IMG/VR virus record: IMGVR_UViG_3300029873_000373 | Length of the DNA stretch: 17,506 bases | Reading direction: 5' to 3' (one strand) | Source of the DNA: a virus | Taxonomy: Duplodnaviria > Heunggongvirae > Uroviricota > Caudoviricetes | In this document: one piece after another, positions 1 through 7,833 of the stretch | Layout of the letters: every line of letters starts with the position of its first letter | Numbering within the stretch: position 1 is the stretch's first letter | The notes under the pieces: generated by a model | Databases searched by the model: none | What the model saw: the letters and a program-made list of their open reading frames with translations, nothing else | What the model was told of the DNA's origin: nothing | Translations under genes and position numbers: made by a program

Positions 1-1083
1 ATGAAAAAATTAACAGTGGCAATTTCTGCTGTAGCTGCATCAGTACTGATGGCGATGTCTGCTCAGGCAGCTGAAATTTATAATAAAGACAGTAACAAGC
101 TGGATCTGTACGGGAAAGTTAATGCTAAGCACTATTTCTCCTCTAATGATGCAGATGATGGTGATACTACTTATGCCCGTCTTGGCTTCAAAGGTGAAAC
201 CCAAATCAACGATCAACTGACTGGTTTCGGTCAGTGGGAATATGAATTCAAAGGCAACCGCGCTGAATCTCAAGGTTCCTCCAAAGATAAAACCCGTCTT
301 GCCTTCGCTGGCCTGAAATTCGGTGACTACGGCTCAATCGATTACGGCCGTAACTACGGTGTAGCATACGACATCGGTGCGTGGACTGACGTTCTGCCAG
401 AATTCGGTGGCGATACCTGGACCCAAACAGATGTGTTCATGACTGGTCGCACCACTGGTGTTGCAACTTATCGTAACAACGACTTCTTTGGTCTGGTTGA
501 TGGTCTGAACTTTGCTGCTCAGTATCAGGGTAAAAATGACCGCACTGACGTAACTGAAGCTAATGGTGATGGTTTCGGTTTCTCCACTACTTATGAGTAT
601 GAAGGATTCGGTGTAGGTGCAACCTATGCTAAATCTGACCGCACTAATAATCAGGTTATCTACGGTAACAACAGCCTGAATGCATCTGGTCAAAATGCTG
701 AAGTATGGGCAGCTGGTCTGAAATATGATGCGAACAACATCTATCTGGCTACCACCTATTCTGAAACCCAGAACATGACTGTTTTTGGTAATAACCATAT
801 TGCCAACAAAGCACAAAACTTCGAAGTAGTTGCACAATATCAGTTCGACTTCGGTCTGCGTCCGTCCGTTGCTTACCTGCAATCTAAAGGAAAAGACTTG
901 GGTGCGTGGGGTGATCAGGACCTGGTTGAATATATTGATGTAGGTGCAACCTATTACTTCAACAAAAATATGTCCACTTTTGTTGATTACAAAATCAACC
1001 TGATTGATAAGAGCGATTTCACGAAAGCATCTGGCGTTGCTACCGATGATATCGTTGCTGTAGGTATGGTTTACCAGTTCTAA
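1..1083 (+). CDS. nmpC: Outer-membrane general porin (NmpC/Lc/OmpD-like), phage-encoded moron
   Basis: 360-aa ORF; N-terminal signal peptide ending AQA-AEIY; typical 16-strand porin features ([14 protein letters not shown], C-terminal ...VGMVYQF ending in Phe); sits next to Q as in DLP12. Symbol is from recollection of the NmpC sequence, not a search. Confidence 0.88.
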   Translation: MKKLTVAISAVAASVLMAMSAQAAEIYNKDSNKLDLYGKVNAKHYFSSNDADDGDTTYARLGFKGETQINDQLTGFGQWEYEFKGNRAESQGSSKDKTRLAFAGLKFGDYGSIDYGRNYGVAYDIGAWTDVLPEFGGDTWTQTDVFMTGRTTGVATYRNNDFFGLVDGLNFAAQYQGKNDRTDVTEANGDGFGFSTTYEYEGFGVGATYAKSDRTNNQVIYGNNSLNASGQNAEVWAAGLKYDANNIYLATTYSETQNMTVFGNNHIANKAQNFEVVAQYQFDFGLRPSVAYLQSKGKDLGAWGDQDLVEYIDVGATYYFNKNMSTFVDYKINLIDKSDFTKASGVATDDIVAVGMVYQF

Positions 1084-1098
1084 TTTGATTACTAAAAG

Positions 1099-1154
1099 AT
1101 ATGTTGCGGGAGGCTTTGCCTCCCCAACATATAAGTGGCTCCCTCAAGCCACTT
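1099..1154. other. Two consecutive stem-loops between the convergent porin and Q genes (possible minus-strand late-leader terminator / qut region)
   Basis: ATATGTTGCGGGAGGC-TTT-GCCTCCCCAACATAT (1099-1132, one bulge) and AAGTGGCT-CCCTCA-AGCCACTT (1133-1154). On the minus strand the first is followed by CUUUUAG. Confidence 0.4.
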
Positions 1155-1219
1155 CCTTTAGGAGCACAACCTTGCTTCTAACTATATAAACCTTCTGTTA
1201 TATATTACCCTTTATTTTT

Positions 1220-1254
1220 GGGGGCGTTGCAACGCCCCATTTTTAATAATTTTT
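1220..1254 (+). terminator. Rho-independent terminator downstream of the porin gene
   Basis: Perfect GC-rich palindrome GGGGCGTTGCAACGCCCC (1221-1238) followed by ATTTTTAATAATTTTT on the plus strand. Confidence 0.6.
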
Positions 1255-1271
1255 AGTAAACAATTGGCATA

Positions 1272-1655
1272 TTAATTAGAGTTATTAACAACGATATCCA
1301 TCTCTAACCGGATATCTAATGCCATTAACATCCCTTCAATTATGCCCTCAGCCTTCTGTAACCTTTTCCCGATATAACCATCAGAGCAGCAATGCTTACC
1401 TGCCAGTGACATGAATGTCATACCGACTACATAATAATCTACTAATAAATCGTGCAAATCGCTGTTGTTCTTTTTCAGACGGGCCATGCACCCGCAAATA
1501 ATCATCGCGTCATCGTCACAACATTGCGGGCGAGATTTTACTTTTGAAGTAATTAATCCCTTAAAACCGGCGGCAATGGACGACCAGGTCACATCTTCAT
1601 GATTATTAGCCGCCCACGCTCCCCAGCGTTCGAGAACCATCTGAATATCACGCAT
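1272..1655 (-). CDS. Q: Late-gene antitermination protein Q (phage 21 / DLP12 QuuD-like)
   Basis: 127 aa from ATG at 1655 (SD GGAG 7 nt upstream); the track ORF begins at TTG 1670. Cys-rich zinc-binding region ([19 protein letters not shown]); sequence recalled as QuuD-like; position immediately upstream of the porin/late region. Confidence 0.85.
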   Translation of the reverse strand: MRDIQMVLERWGAWAANNHEDVTWSSIAAGFKGLITSKVKSRPQCCDDDAMIICGCMARLKKNNSDLHDLLVDYYVVGMTFMSLAGKHCCSDGYIGKRLQKAEGIIEGMLMALDIRLEMDIVVNNSN

Positions 1656-1672
1656 CAACTTTCTCCACAAAA

Positions 1673-2668
1673 TCAGGACAGCACACCAATCGCCAGCGCG
1701 CGATCGATAAAACGAAATATCAGCTCCAGTTGGGAACCATACTTCTCTTCAAATGCCACGGTATCCGCATGTAGTTCGTCATGGTGTTTTCTGCACAAAG
1801 GCAACACAAAAAGGTCATGCGCTTTTGTACCCATTCCACCCTGACCATGACCAATCAGGTGATGAGGATCGTCGGCTGGCTTACCACAACATGCACACGG
1901 CTGCGTCTTAACCCAGCGCGTGTACTTTTCATTAACCCAGCGACGACGTTTGGGGCGTAACATAAAAGACTCCGGCGACTCCGGATCCACTTTCAGCGCC
2001 AGCACCTTTTTCGCCTTATCCCGGATGATGCTGGTGGCAGGAACCGAAGGCACAAGGTCACCTTCCCGGGTGACAGACGGCACAACAGGCTTCGGTAATC
2101 TCAGTGCCTTACGGGCTGCACTTTCCGGTAAGGCATCCGCCAGGTCATTACGAACCAGCCACCAGCACAGTTCCGGCATTGTCACAACGTGGCTGTCATC
2201 AAAACCGAGATCACGACGGACTACGGACAACACCCAGCGGGCACAGTTATCCGTTGCCATTGATTCCAGACGTTCCGTGAACTGATCGCGAAGCAGGTTA
2301 TCGCAGTGCCAGCACAGACGGATTGCGCCCGGCGCGTGTCGCATTGTGGTCATGTTCTCGCTGTGCCATCCGGAATGAGGCCACTGGCAGCCTTTTTCAC
2401 GAAGTAACCAGCTCTCAAGGCATTCCACGCCACCAGCACGACGGATCACCGCCTCATGGCGGAACACGGCCCGAACGGCAGGATCATCCGCCAGCGGTTG
2501 TGATGCTGCCGGAACGGCACCACTGGCAAAAGATGAATAACGTTCCGGCTCAGGCTCCAGCAGGACACGCCCCTGCATAAACAGGGGCATCAGCTCTGAA
2601 CCGGGTCTGAACAAGACGATCCCCATACGCGGGGCAATTTCAGGGGTCAGCAGTGCTCTCACGGTCAC
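1673..2668 (-). CDS. Nin-region phage protein with C-terminal DUF968-like Cys/His motif (putative HNH-like nuclease fold)
   Basis: 331-aa ORF; C-terminus [43 protein letters not shown]. Start uncertain: GTG 2668 lies inside the GAGG of the SD; GTG at 2662 has better spacing. Confidence 0.7.
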   Translation of the reverse strand: MTVRALLTPEIAPRMGIVLFRPGSELMPLFMQGRVLLEPEPERYSSFASGAVPAASQPLADDPAVRAVFRHEAVIRRAGGVECLESWLLREKGCQWPHSGWHSENMTTMRHAPGAIRLCWHCDNLLRDQFTERLESMATDNCARWVLSVVRRDLGFDDSHVVTMPELCWWLVRNDLADALPESAARKALRLPKPVVPSVTREGDLVPSVPATSIIRDKAKKVLALKVDPESPESFMLRPKRRRWVNEKYTRWVKTQPCACCGKPADDPHHLIGHGQGGMGTKAHDLFVLPLCRKHHDELHADTVAFEEKYGSQLELIFRFIDRALAIGVLS

Positions 2669-2714
2669 CTCAGCGAACGGTATTGCATGAACGCAGGAGA
2701 AAAAAATTCAGCCA

Positions 2715-2972
2715 TCACGCAGTAAACTCCTTCACCAGCGTTTCAAACTGGCTTACCTGTCCTTCCAGTTCCGCCACGCAATCCACCAGCTCATCCACCG
2801 CCTTTTGTGTGCGGTGTTTTGCCTGCAGCAGATCACGAAGCGCCGGAGTAAGCTGCTTGCGGAGCGTATCTTTTTTCACGCTCGTTTTTTCCATCTGTTC
2901 AGCACAACGAAGCATCTCCTGCGCCTGCCGACGAAGTTGTTCCGGTGAAACAGTGATTGTTCTGTTGTTCAA
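2715..2972 (-). CDS. Hypothetical small phage protein (85 aa)
   Basis: ORF with TTG start overlapping the helicase stop (TTGA); GGAG 8-9 nt upstream; helical-looking sequence; function unknown. Confidence 0.45.
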   Translation of the reverse strand: MNNRTITVSPEQLRRQAQEMLRCAEQMEKTSVKKDTLRKQLTPALRDLLQAKHRTQKAVDELVDCVAELEGQVSQFETLVKEFTA

Positions 2973-4369
2973 AATAAACGCTCCGTTTTACTGCCCGACA
3001 TGCGGTTATTGCTGTATCTGCGCGGATTGCCCGGCGTCATGGGTGTGGAAAGAACCCGGGCACTCTCCTGGTCCACAGGCAGAAAATGTCCGTTATGAAA
3101 ACGCCGGTAAATGGTCCCGAGTGTGCCATTACGCTGTTTCGTGATGTTGATTTCTGCTATGCCTCTGGCCTGTGTATCCGGGTTATACACCTCATCCCTG
3201 TAAAGCATCAGAATGATGTCGGCATCAGCCTCTATTTCCCCGGAGTTTTTCAGGTCTGAGTTCATGGGACGTTTATTGGGTCTGGATTCCACGCCTCGGG
3301 AGAGCTGGCTCAGAGCAATCAGCGGGAAACCGCCGGATTTTGCCAGGCTTTTAAGTCCCTTTGAGATTTCCCCCACAGCAAGGTCGTGACGCCCCGTGCT
3401 GCGGGTTTTAATCAGACCGAGGTAATCGACCACCACCAGCGCCGTTTCCGGGTGTTTCATCCGGTGGTGCTTCGTGGTTGCACATATCTCATCAATGGTC
3501 AGGTTTGCCTGATCCACCATCCAGATATTACGCCCCGTCATTCGTCCCACGCCCTGCGAGAAACGCGCCCAGTCTTCATCTTCAAAACGGGCAACAGACT
3601 TAAGACGGGATACCGGCATTCCACCGGCAGCAGACACCATACGTTCACCAATCTGGATGTTCGCCATCTCCATGGTGAACAGAAGCACGCCATGCCCCTG
3701 CTCAGTCACCTTGTCGATGATGTCCAGCGCAAGTTCGGTTTTCCCCATCGAAGGACGGGCGGCAATGAATACCAGGTCACCGGGCTCCATACCGCCCGTT
3801 TTTGCGTCCAGTTCATCAATACCGGTCATCAGCGCCCTGGATTTCTCCAGTCCCTGATTGCGGCATTCAACACGGTCGACCACTTCCGGAAGGACATCAT
3901 CAATGTGAACCGGCTGAATGACGCCCTTTCCGGTCGACAGTGAGGCCATCATGTTCTGCACATCCTTCAGGGCATCCTCGGCTGCTTCACAGGTATACGC
4001 ATCACGTAAATTCTGTAATGCTTCAGTCAGTGTTTTTTCTGCATCGCGCAGTGCGGCATTGCGCCGCAACGCTGCGACATAGTGCTCCAGTGAAGACTTC
4101 ACCCAGGTTTTGCGTCCGGTGTCGGTAATCACCGGGGCAAGTTCCGGCATCTCATTGCACAGCAGTACGGGGTCAATGACGCCGGATATGCGAGCCTGTC
4201 TGCAAATCCCCGCGTAAATATCCCGGTACTGACGCACAAAAAATACATCCGCCGGAAGTGTGGCCAGAATATCCATCACTTCCGGATCGGCCCCACGCAG
4301 AAAAAACGCACCGATGACAGCGCCTTCCAGGTCATCGTTACGCCATGCCGGGGTGTTCTGGCTGGTCAT
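2969..4369 (-). CDS. Replicative DNA helicase, DnaB family (phage-encoded)
   Basis: 466 aa; Walker A in DnaB context (FIAARPSMGKTELALD); N-terminal DnaB-like helical domain; start ATGA-overlaps the stop of the upstream loader gene. Confidence 0.9.
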   Translation of the reverse strand: MTSQNTPAWRNDDLEGAVIGAFFLRGADPEVMDILATLPADVFFVRQYRDIYAGICRQARISGVIDPVLLCNEMPELAPVITDTGRKTWVKSSLEHYVAALRRNAALRDAEKTLTEALQNLRDAYTCEAAEDALKDVQNMMASLSTGKGVIQPVHIDDVLPEVVDRVECRNQGLEKSRALMTGIDELDAKTGGMEPGDLVFIAARPSMGKTELALDIIDKVTEQGHGVLLFTMEMANIQIGERMVSAAGGMPVSRLKSVARFEDEDWARFSQGVGRMTGRNIWMVDQANLTIDEICATTKHHRMKHPETALVVVDYLGLIKTRSTGRHDLAVGEISKGLKSLAKSGGFPLIALSQLSRGVESRPNKRPMNSDLKNSGEIEADADIILMLYRDEVYNPDTQARGIAEINITKQRNGTLGTIYRRFHNGHFLPVDQESARVLSTPMTPGNPRRYSNNRMSGSKTERLF

Positions 4370-5265
4370 GCGGCAACACCTCCGATACGAGAACGGTAGC
4401 TGGGCCAGTTAAACGACAACCAGTTGCGCCCGCCATCGGTGATCCTGTCGGCAATCCGGGGACTGATGAACGCCCACAATTCTTCCGGTGAAAGGTTGCT
4501 GATCAGGATAGTTGGCAAAATACCCTCATACCGGGCATTGATAATTTCCTGCAAAATGGCCATTTCAGCCGCACTGCCAAACTGAACGCCGACTTCGTCG
4601 ACAATCAGCAAATCCAGTGACGCATAATGCTCAATGACGTCATCCGCTGTTTTTTCACTGTCATTCCGCCAGCAGTTTTTCACAGCCCGGGTAAGGCGCA
4701 TCACGTCGGTGATCTCCACACTGGCCAGATAGTTACGGATGATGTGTTTTGCCATTGATACCGCCAGATGATTTTTCCCGGTACCGCAACTGCCGGTCAT
4801 AACAAGACTGGTACCGTTCTCCAGCATATCTGGCCAGTTCTCCGCATAGCGGCGACAGGCCGCAAGATTTCTGGCTGCGTCAGGATTAACCTCCAGATAA
4901 TTATCAAACTCGCAGTCCCGAAAACGCAGAGCAATTCCGGCGTTATCAGTCAGTTCTTCCGCCTTGAGGGACGACAGTTCCATGGTCAAATCACTGGCCT
5001 CAGCGATCAAGCAGTCAGGGCAGCATGAAATTTTTTCTCTGTCCTCGCCATTACGATCGATCCACACCAGTATATGCGTACGATATTTACCGTGTTTTTC
5101 GCAATATCCGCGACCTTCACGCATCAGGCAGGAACGATAAGGCCATGGCTTTTCGCCCTTCTGAGCAAATGCAATCTCTGCCCGTAACTCATCCATTTCT
5201 GCCCGTAACTCATCCATTCGCGCCTGTAGTCTTGTTTGTTTCTCACGTTGGTCAATCGTCATCAT
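4366..5265 (-). CDS. DnaC-like helicase loader / IstB-type AAA+ ATPase
   Basis: Walker A (TGSCGTGKNHLAVS) and Walker B (LLIVDEVG). The track starts at GTG 5274, but ATG 5265 has better SD spacing (GAGGTG-N6-ATG). Contains a 21-bp perfect tandem duplication (MDELRAE x2). Confidence 0.85.
   Translation of the reverse strand: MMTIDQREKQTRLQARMDELRAEMDELRAEIAFAQKGEKPWPYRSCLMREGRGYCEKHGKYRTHILVWIDRNGEDREKISCCPDCLIAEASDLTMELSSLKAEELTDNAGIALRFRDCEFDNYLEVNPDAARNLAACRRYAENWPDMLENGTSLVMTGSCGTGKNHLAVSMAKHIIRNYLASVEITDVMRLTRAVKNCWRNDSEKTADDVIEHYASLDLLIVDEVGVQFGSAAEMAILQEIINARYEGILPTILISNLSPEELWAFISPRIADRITDGGRNWLSFNWPSYRSRIGGVAA
5177..5218. repeat. Perfect 21-bp tandem duplication (TCTGCCCGTAACTCATCCATT x2) inside the DnaC-like gene
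   Basis: Two identical adjacent 21-mers at 5177-5197 and 5198-5218; in frame (7-aa repeat MDELRAE). Confidence 0.9.
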
Positions 5266-5275
5266 CGCTGTCACC

Positions 5276-6268
5276 TCAGAATGTCAATTTGTTACTGGAT
5301 TTACCGAATTTGTCAGACATGGCTCCCAGGCCAGCCAGGACATCGACCTGTCGCTGTCGCCCACCTCCGTGAGCGGCTGGCTGTTGCCAGTAATCTTCGA
5401 AGTGACGATCGGGTCCAAAGAACGTCGCAGCCTGCTTCACGAACTGTGTGCCGGTATTTCCTGTAGCACGTACCCAGGCGGCATACCGCTTCACGCCATC
5501 AAGCATGGTCTCCGGTTTTATTCCCTCCCTGATACGGGCTTTCCAGGCTTTGAAGGCTGCTGACTTGGAATTGCCACCAGCACGTTTGGGATATTCCTGC
5601 CAGGCCTGTTCAAATTCCGGTGAATATTCCTGTCGGGCAGAACGCGCTGGCGCAGACGCGTCAGCGGATGCATCAATAGTGTTTTTAGTCTCCGTTGTAA
5701 TCTCTGTAGTAATCTCTGTATTTGTATCAACATTCGGCGTATCCCCTGTTCCGTTATGACGTCGGGGGGTGTTCCGTTTTAACGTAATAGCTGTATCGCT
5801 GATTGCATTATTGCTGTTACTTTCTGGCGAAACAGAAGAAGGTGTGGTGATGGCCGCAATTGCCTGTGGGTTGATCCCGACAAACAAAATATTGCTGCAT
5901 TTCACCCCATCGAGCATTTCCACCGTGCGTAAATCCAGAGTAATAAACCCTGCATCGCGCAGACGCTTCAGCGCATCTGCGGTTTCCCTTTTCCCGAAAC
6001 CAAACTGCTCAGCAAACGCCTGGTAGCTTCTTTGCAGTTTGTCGCCCTGAAAACGCTTGCGATATCCCAGCAACGCTCCGGTGTGCTCATCCCTGACCTC
6101 TGTCGGGCGGTACCAGTAAACGATCTCTGAAAGCAGAGCGATAGCCGTCGCATCCGGACGCCCACTGGGTAGTCGAATATATTTCCACCAGTTCGCAGGT
6201 GTAACATTGCCGGAAATATTAATTTGACCAATAGCCATAACTTCCGGTGTGGGGGCGTAACGGCTCAT
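5276..6268 (-). CDS. Phage replication initiator (lambda O-like replisome organiser)
   Basis: 330 aa; strong SD AAGGAGGT before ATG 6268; N-terminal winged-helix-like domain; central low-complexity linker (TEITTEITTE) encoded by iteron-like DNA repeats; immediately upstream of the DnaC-like and DnaB-like genes. Confidence 0.65.
   Translation of the reverse strand: MSRYAPTPEVMAIGQINISGNVTPANWWKYIRLPSGRPDATAIALLSEIVYWYRPTEVRDEHTGALLGYRKRFQGDKLQRSYQAFAEQFGFGKRETADALKRLRDAGFITLDLRTVEMLDGVKCSNILFVGINPQAIAAITTPSSVSPESNSNNAISDTAITLKRNTPRRHNGTGDTPNVDTNTEITTEITTETKNTIDASADASAPARSARQEYSPEFEQAWQEYPKRAGGNSKSAAFKAWKARIREGIKPETMLDGVKRYAAWVRATGNTGTQFVKQAATFFGPDRHFEDYWQQPAAHGGGRQRQVDVLAGLGAMSDKFGKSSNKLTF
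5697..5720. repeat. Iteron-like 12-bp tandem direct repeat (GTAATCTCTGTA x2) inside the initiator gene; candidate origin element
   Basis: Two perfect 12-mers at 5697-5708 and 5709-5720 with related flanking partial copies; located in the inter-domain linker of the O-like gene, as lambda ori is in O. Confidence 0.45.
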
Positions 6269-6564
6269 ACAACCTCCTTCCGCGGCATGAGAATTGTGTA
6301 GCCACGCGCAGGTTGTAGTCTGGCTTTTGCATCAATAGTAAGCGTTGCAATTTTTCGGATATGAAGATAACCAGCTCTTTCCAGTGCCAGGGTTTCCCTG
6401 AATATCGCTTGCTTAGAACAACAGCAGAAATCAGCAAGCACCTGATGATCAATAACTCTCTCGCCTTCACCGTCTGAAGAACCCGACATCAAAACACGCA
6501 ACATAATCAGGCGCTGAATCGGGTTATCGAAAGCACATCCGCACACAAACTGAAAACAGTTCAC
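6265..6564 (-). CDS. Hypothetical early protein (99 aa), possible winged-helix DNA-binding
   Basis: GTG start with SD GGGAGGTG; GTGA overlap with the upstream gene and ATGA overlap with the initiator gene. Confidence 0.5.
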   Translation of the reverse strand: MNCFQFVCGCAFDNPIQRLIMLRVLMSGSSDGEGERVIDHQVLADFCCCSKQAIFRETLALERAGYLHIRKIATLTIDAKARLQPARGYTILMPRKEVV

Positions 6565-6785
6565 GCCACACCTCCCAGACGCTTAAACATTTTTCCAGAC
6601 AGAAATACCGCCAGAGGGTAACTGATGGTGTAGCTACGCCCCTGTAGTTCGCACACGACTTTCTGGCTTTCAGCGTTGACTAGGCAAACCCGCAGAACGT
6701 GACCGTTGCTGGTGGCGAACCACTGCCCCACACGGGGGCAACGGTTGTATCGGTGATACAGGGAATTAACGATGTGGCGGATCAT
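6561..6785 (-). CDS. Hypothetical small phage protein (74 aa)
   Basis: ATG 6785 preceded by GGCGGAGGTG; translationally coupled on both sides. Confidence 0.45.
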   Translation of the reverse strand: MIRHIVNSLYHRYNRCPRVGQWFATSNGHVLRVCLVNAESQKVVCELQGRSYTISYPLAVFLSGKMFKRLGGVA

Positions 6786-6976
6786 GGACGCACCTCCGCC
6801 GTAGTTACGTATTTAACCGGGCTACCTTTCATTGAGATGGTTTCACACATCTCTGCCGCTTTCAGTTCCGCTGTTTTTCTGGATTTATAGCGACGGTGCC
6901 AGACAGATACATCCGTGCGAACTGATACATCGTTTCTGTATTCCGTAGTGGAGATGATGATTTCGTAACTAATCAT
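6782..6976 (-). CDS. Hypothetical small phage protein (64 aa)
   Basis: ATG 6976 preceded by AAGGAGGT; ATGA overlap with the Rha-like gene stop. Confidence 0.45.
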   Translation of the reverse strand: MISYEIIISTTEYRNDVSVRTDVSVWHRRYKSRKTAELKAAEMCETISMKGSPVKYVTTAEVRP

Positions 6977-7833
6977 GGGCGAACCTCCTTGTCAGAACCA
7001 TTCAGCCTGGAATCAACAAGTGCAGCGCCAAAAACAGCATCACCAACACGGTCGTACAGTTTGCTAGCCAGCGGAGATTCAACGGCCTTAAGCATTGGAT
7101 AAAGCTGGCTTGTCCAGATTTGATGGATTTCACGCAAATGCAGGTATACGCCTCTGGCGTTTCGTGCGACAGCTGACATATCAGACGCATCGGCACCTGA
7201 TAAACTCTTCTCCATCAGGTTAAAGGCGTTGATGTATGCCTCTTTGAACCGGGCAGCACGTTTACCAGTGAAGCCCATGGCAAGAAACGCAAAACCGTCG
7301 CGGGTGATTTGGTAACAAGGGAGCTTGCGTGTACCACCGTTCGGTTGATTTACCGAAATCGATGTCTCCGCAAAATTGCGGGCACAAAACTCAGGGGAAC
7401 AATCCAGAGTGCGGATCTTTTTCAGCACATCGTCATGACGCTTGGAGAAGAAGTTGGCAACAGCCAAAGAAGTGGTAACGGCCTGGCCGTTGTCAATGGT
7501 GATTTCAGGTTGAGTGAGGGCTGGGATCGTAGCCATGATGGCAGCCTCCGTTGACAGTGAAAAACTTCCACCACCGGAAACGCCAATTTCACTGGTGGTG
7601 AACTGGACGGGGTTGGCGTAACCGGCGTCAACGGAGACCGGCGCACCTTTCGGTGCCCCCGCCCAGCCCACCATAATCTGGATGTGAGCAAATGCGGACG
7701 ATAAAAAAGACGCTGGCGCGTCATACATCGCCGTTGACAATTTCAGGACGCCAATCCCGGCACCCGCTTTATAAGGTGCGGAGACAGTGTAACGTCCCGG
7801 AATTGCAGAATCAATATGCTGGTGGCGGATCAT
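6973..7833 (-). CDS. Rha-family phage regulatory protein with a ~99-aa N-terminal module of unknown function
   Basis: Rha-like core ITIDNGQAVTTSLAVANFFSKRHDDVLKKI ... TRDGFAFLAMGFTGKRAARFKEAYINAFN; ATG 7833 has SD GGGAGGTG. An in-frame internal ATG at 7536 with SD GGAGG lies exactly at the module/Rha junction. Confidence 0.7.
   Translation of the reverse strand: MIRHQHIDSAIPGRYTVSAPYKAGAGIGVLKLSTAMYDAPASFLSSAFAHIQIMVGWAGAPKGAPVSVDAGYANPVQFTTSEIGVSGGGSFSLSTEAAIMATIPALTQPEITIDNGQAVTTSLAVANFFSKRHDDVLKKIRTLDCSPEFCARNFAETSISVNQPNGGTRKLPCYQITRDGFAFLAMGFTGKRAARFKEAYINAFNLMEKSLSGADASDMSAVARNARGVYLHLREIHQIWTSQLYPMLKAVESPLASKLYDRVGDAVFGAALVDSRLNGSDKEVRP
7537..7833. repeat. Copy 1 of a ~300-bp duplicated coding module (N-terminal domain of the first Rha paralog)
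   Basis: Near-identical DNA to 8193-8492, e.g. shared CCCGCTTTATAAGGTGCGGAGACAGTGTAACGTCCCG and GACGATAAAAAAGACGCTGGCGCGTCATA. Confidence 0.85.

Noticed and set aside
334-882. 182-aa minus-strand ORF inside the porin gene
   Set aside because: Fully antisense to a well-supported porin CDS; no SD; typical antisense read-through frame.
2653-3144. 163-aa plus-strand ORF (Cys/Ser/Arg-rich) overlapping the 85-aa gene and the helicase 3' end
   Set aside because: Low-complexity composition and antisense to coupled minus-strand genes; most likely non-coding.
3386-3943. 185-aa plus-strand ORF inside the DnaB-like helicase gene
   Set aside because: Antisense to a helicase CDS with clear Walker motifs; His/Arg-rich junk-like translation.
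7422-7724. Alternative-frame minus-strand ORFs (7422-7724 and 8177-8470) within the duplicated module
   Set aside because: Pro/Arg/Ser-rich translations; differences between the two module copies fall largely on third codon positions of the main frame, which supports the main frame instead.
7818-7825. Chi site GCTGGTGG (with reverse-complement copies near 2429, 3433 and 15772)
   Set aside because: About four octamers in 17.5 kb is near the normal E. coli background density; not a distinctive signal.
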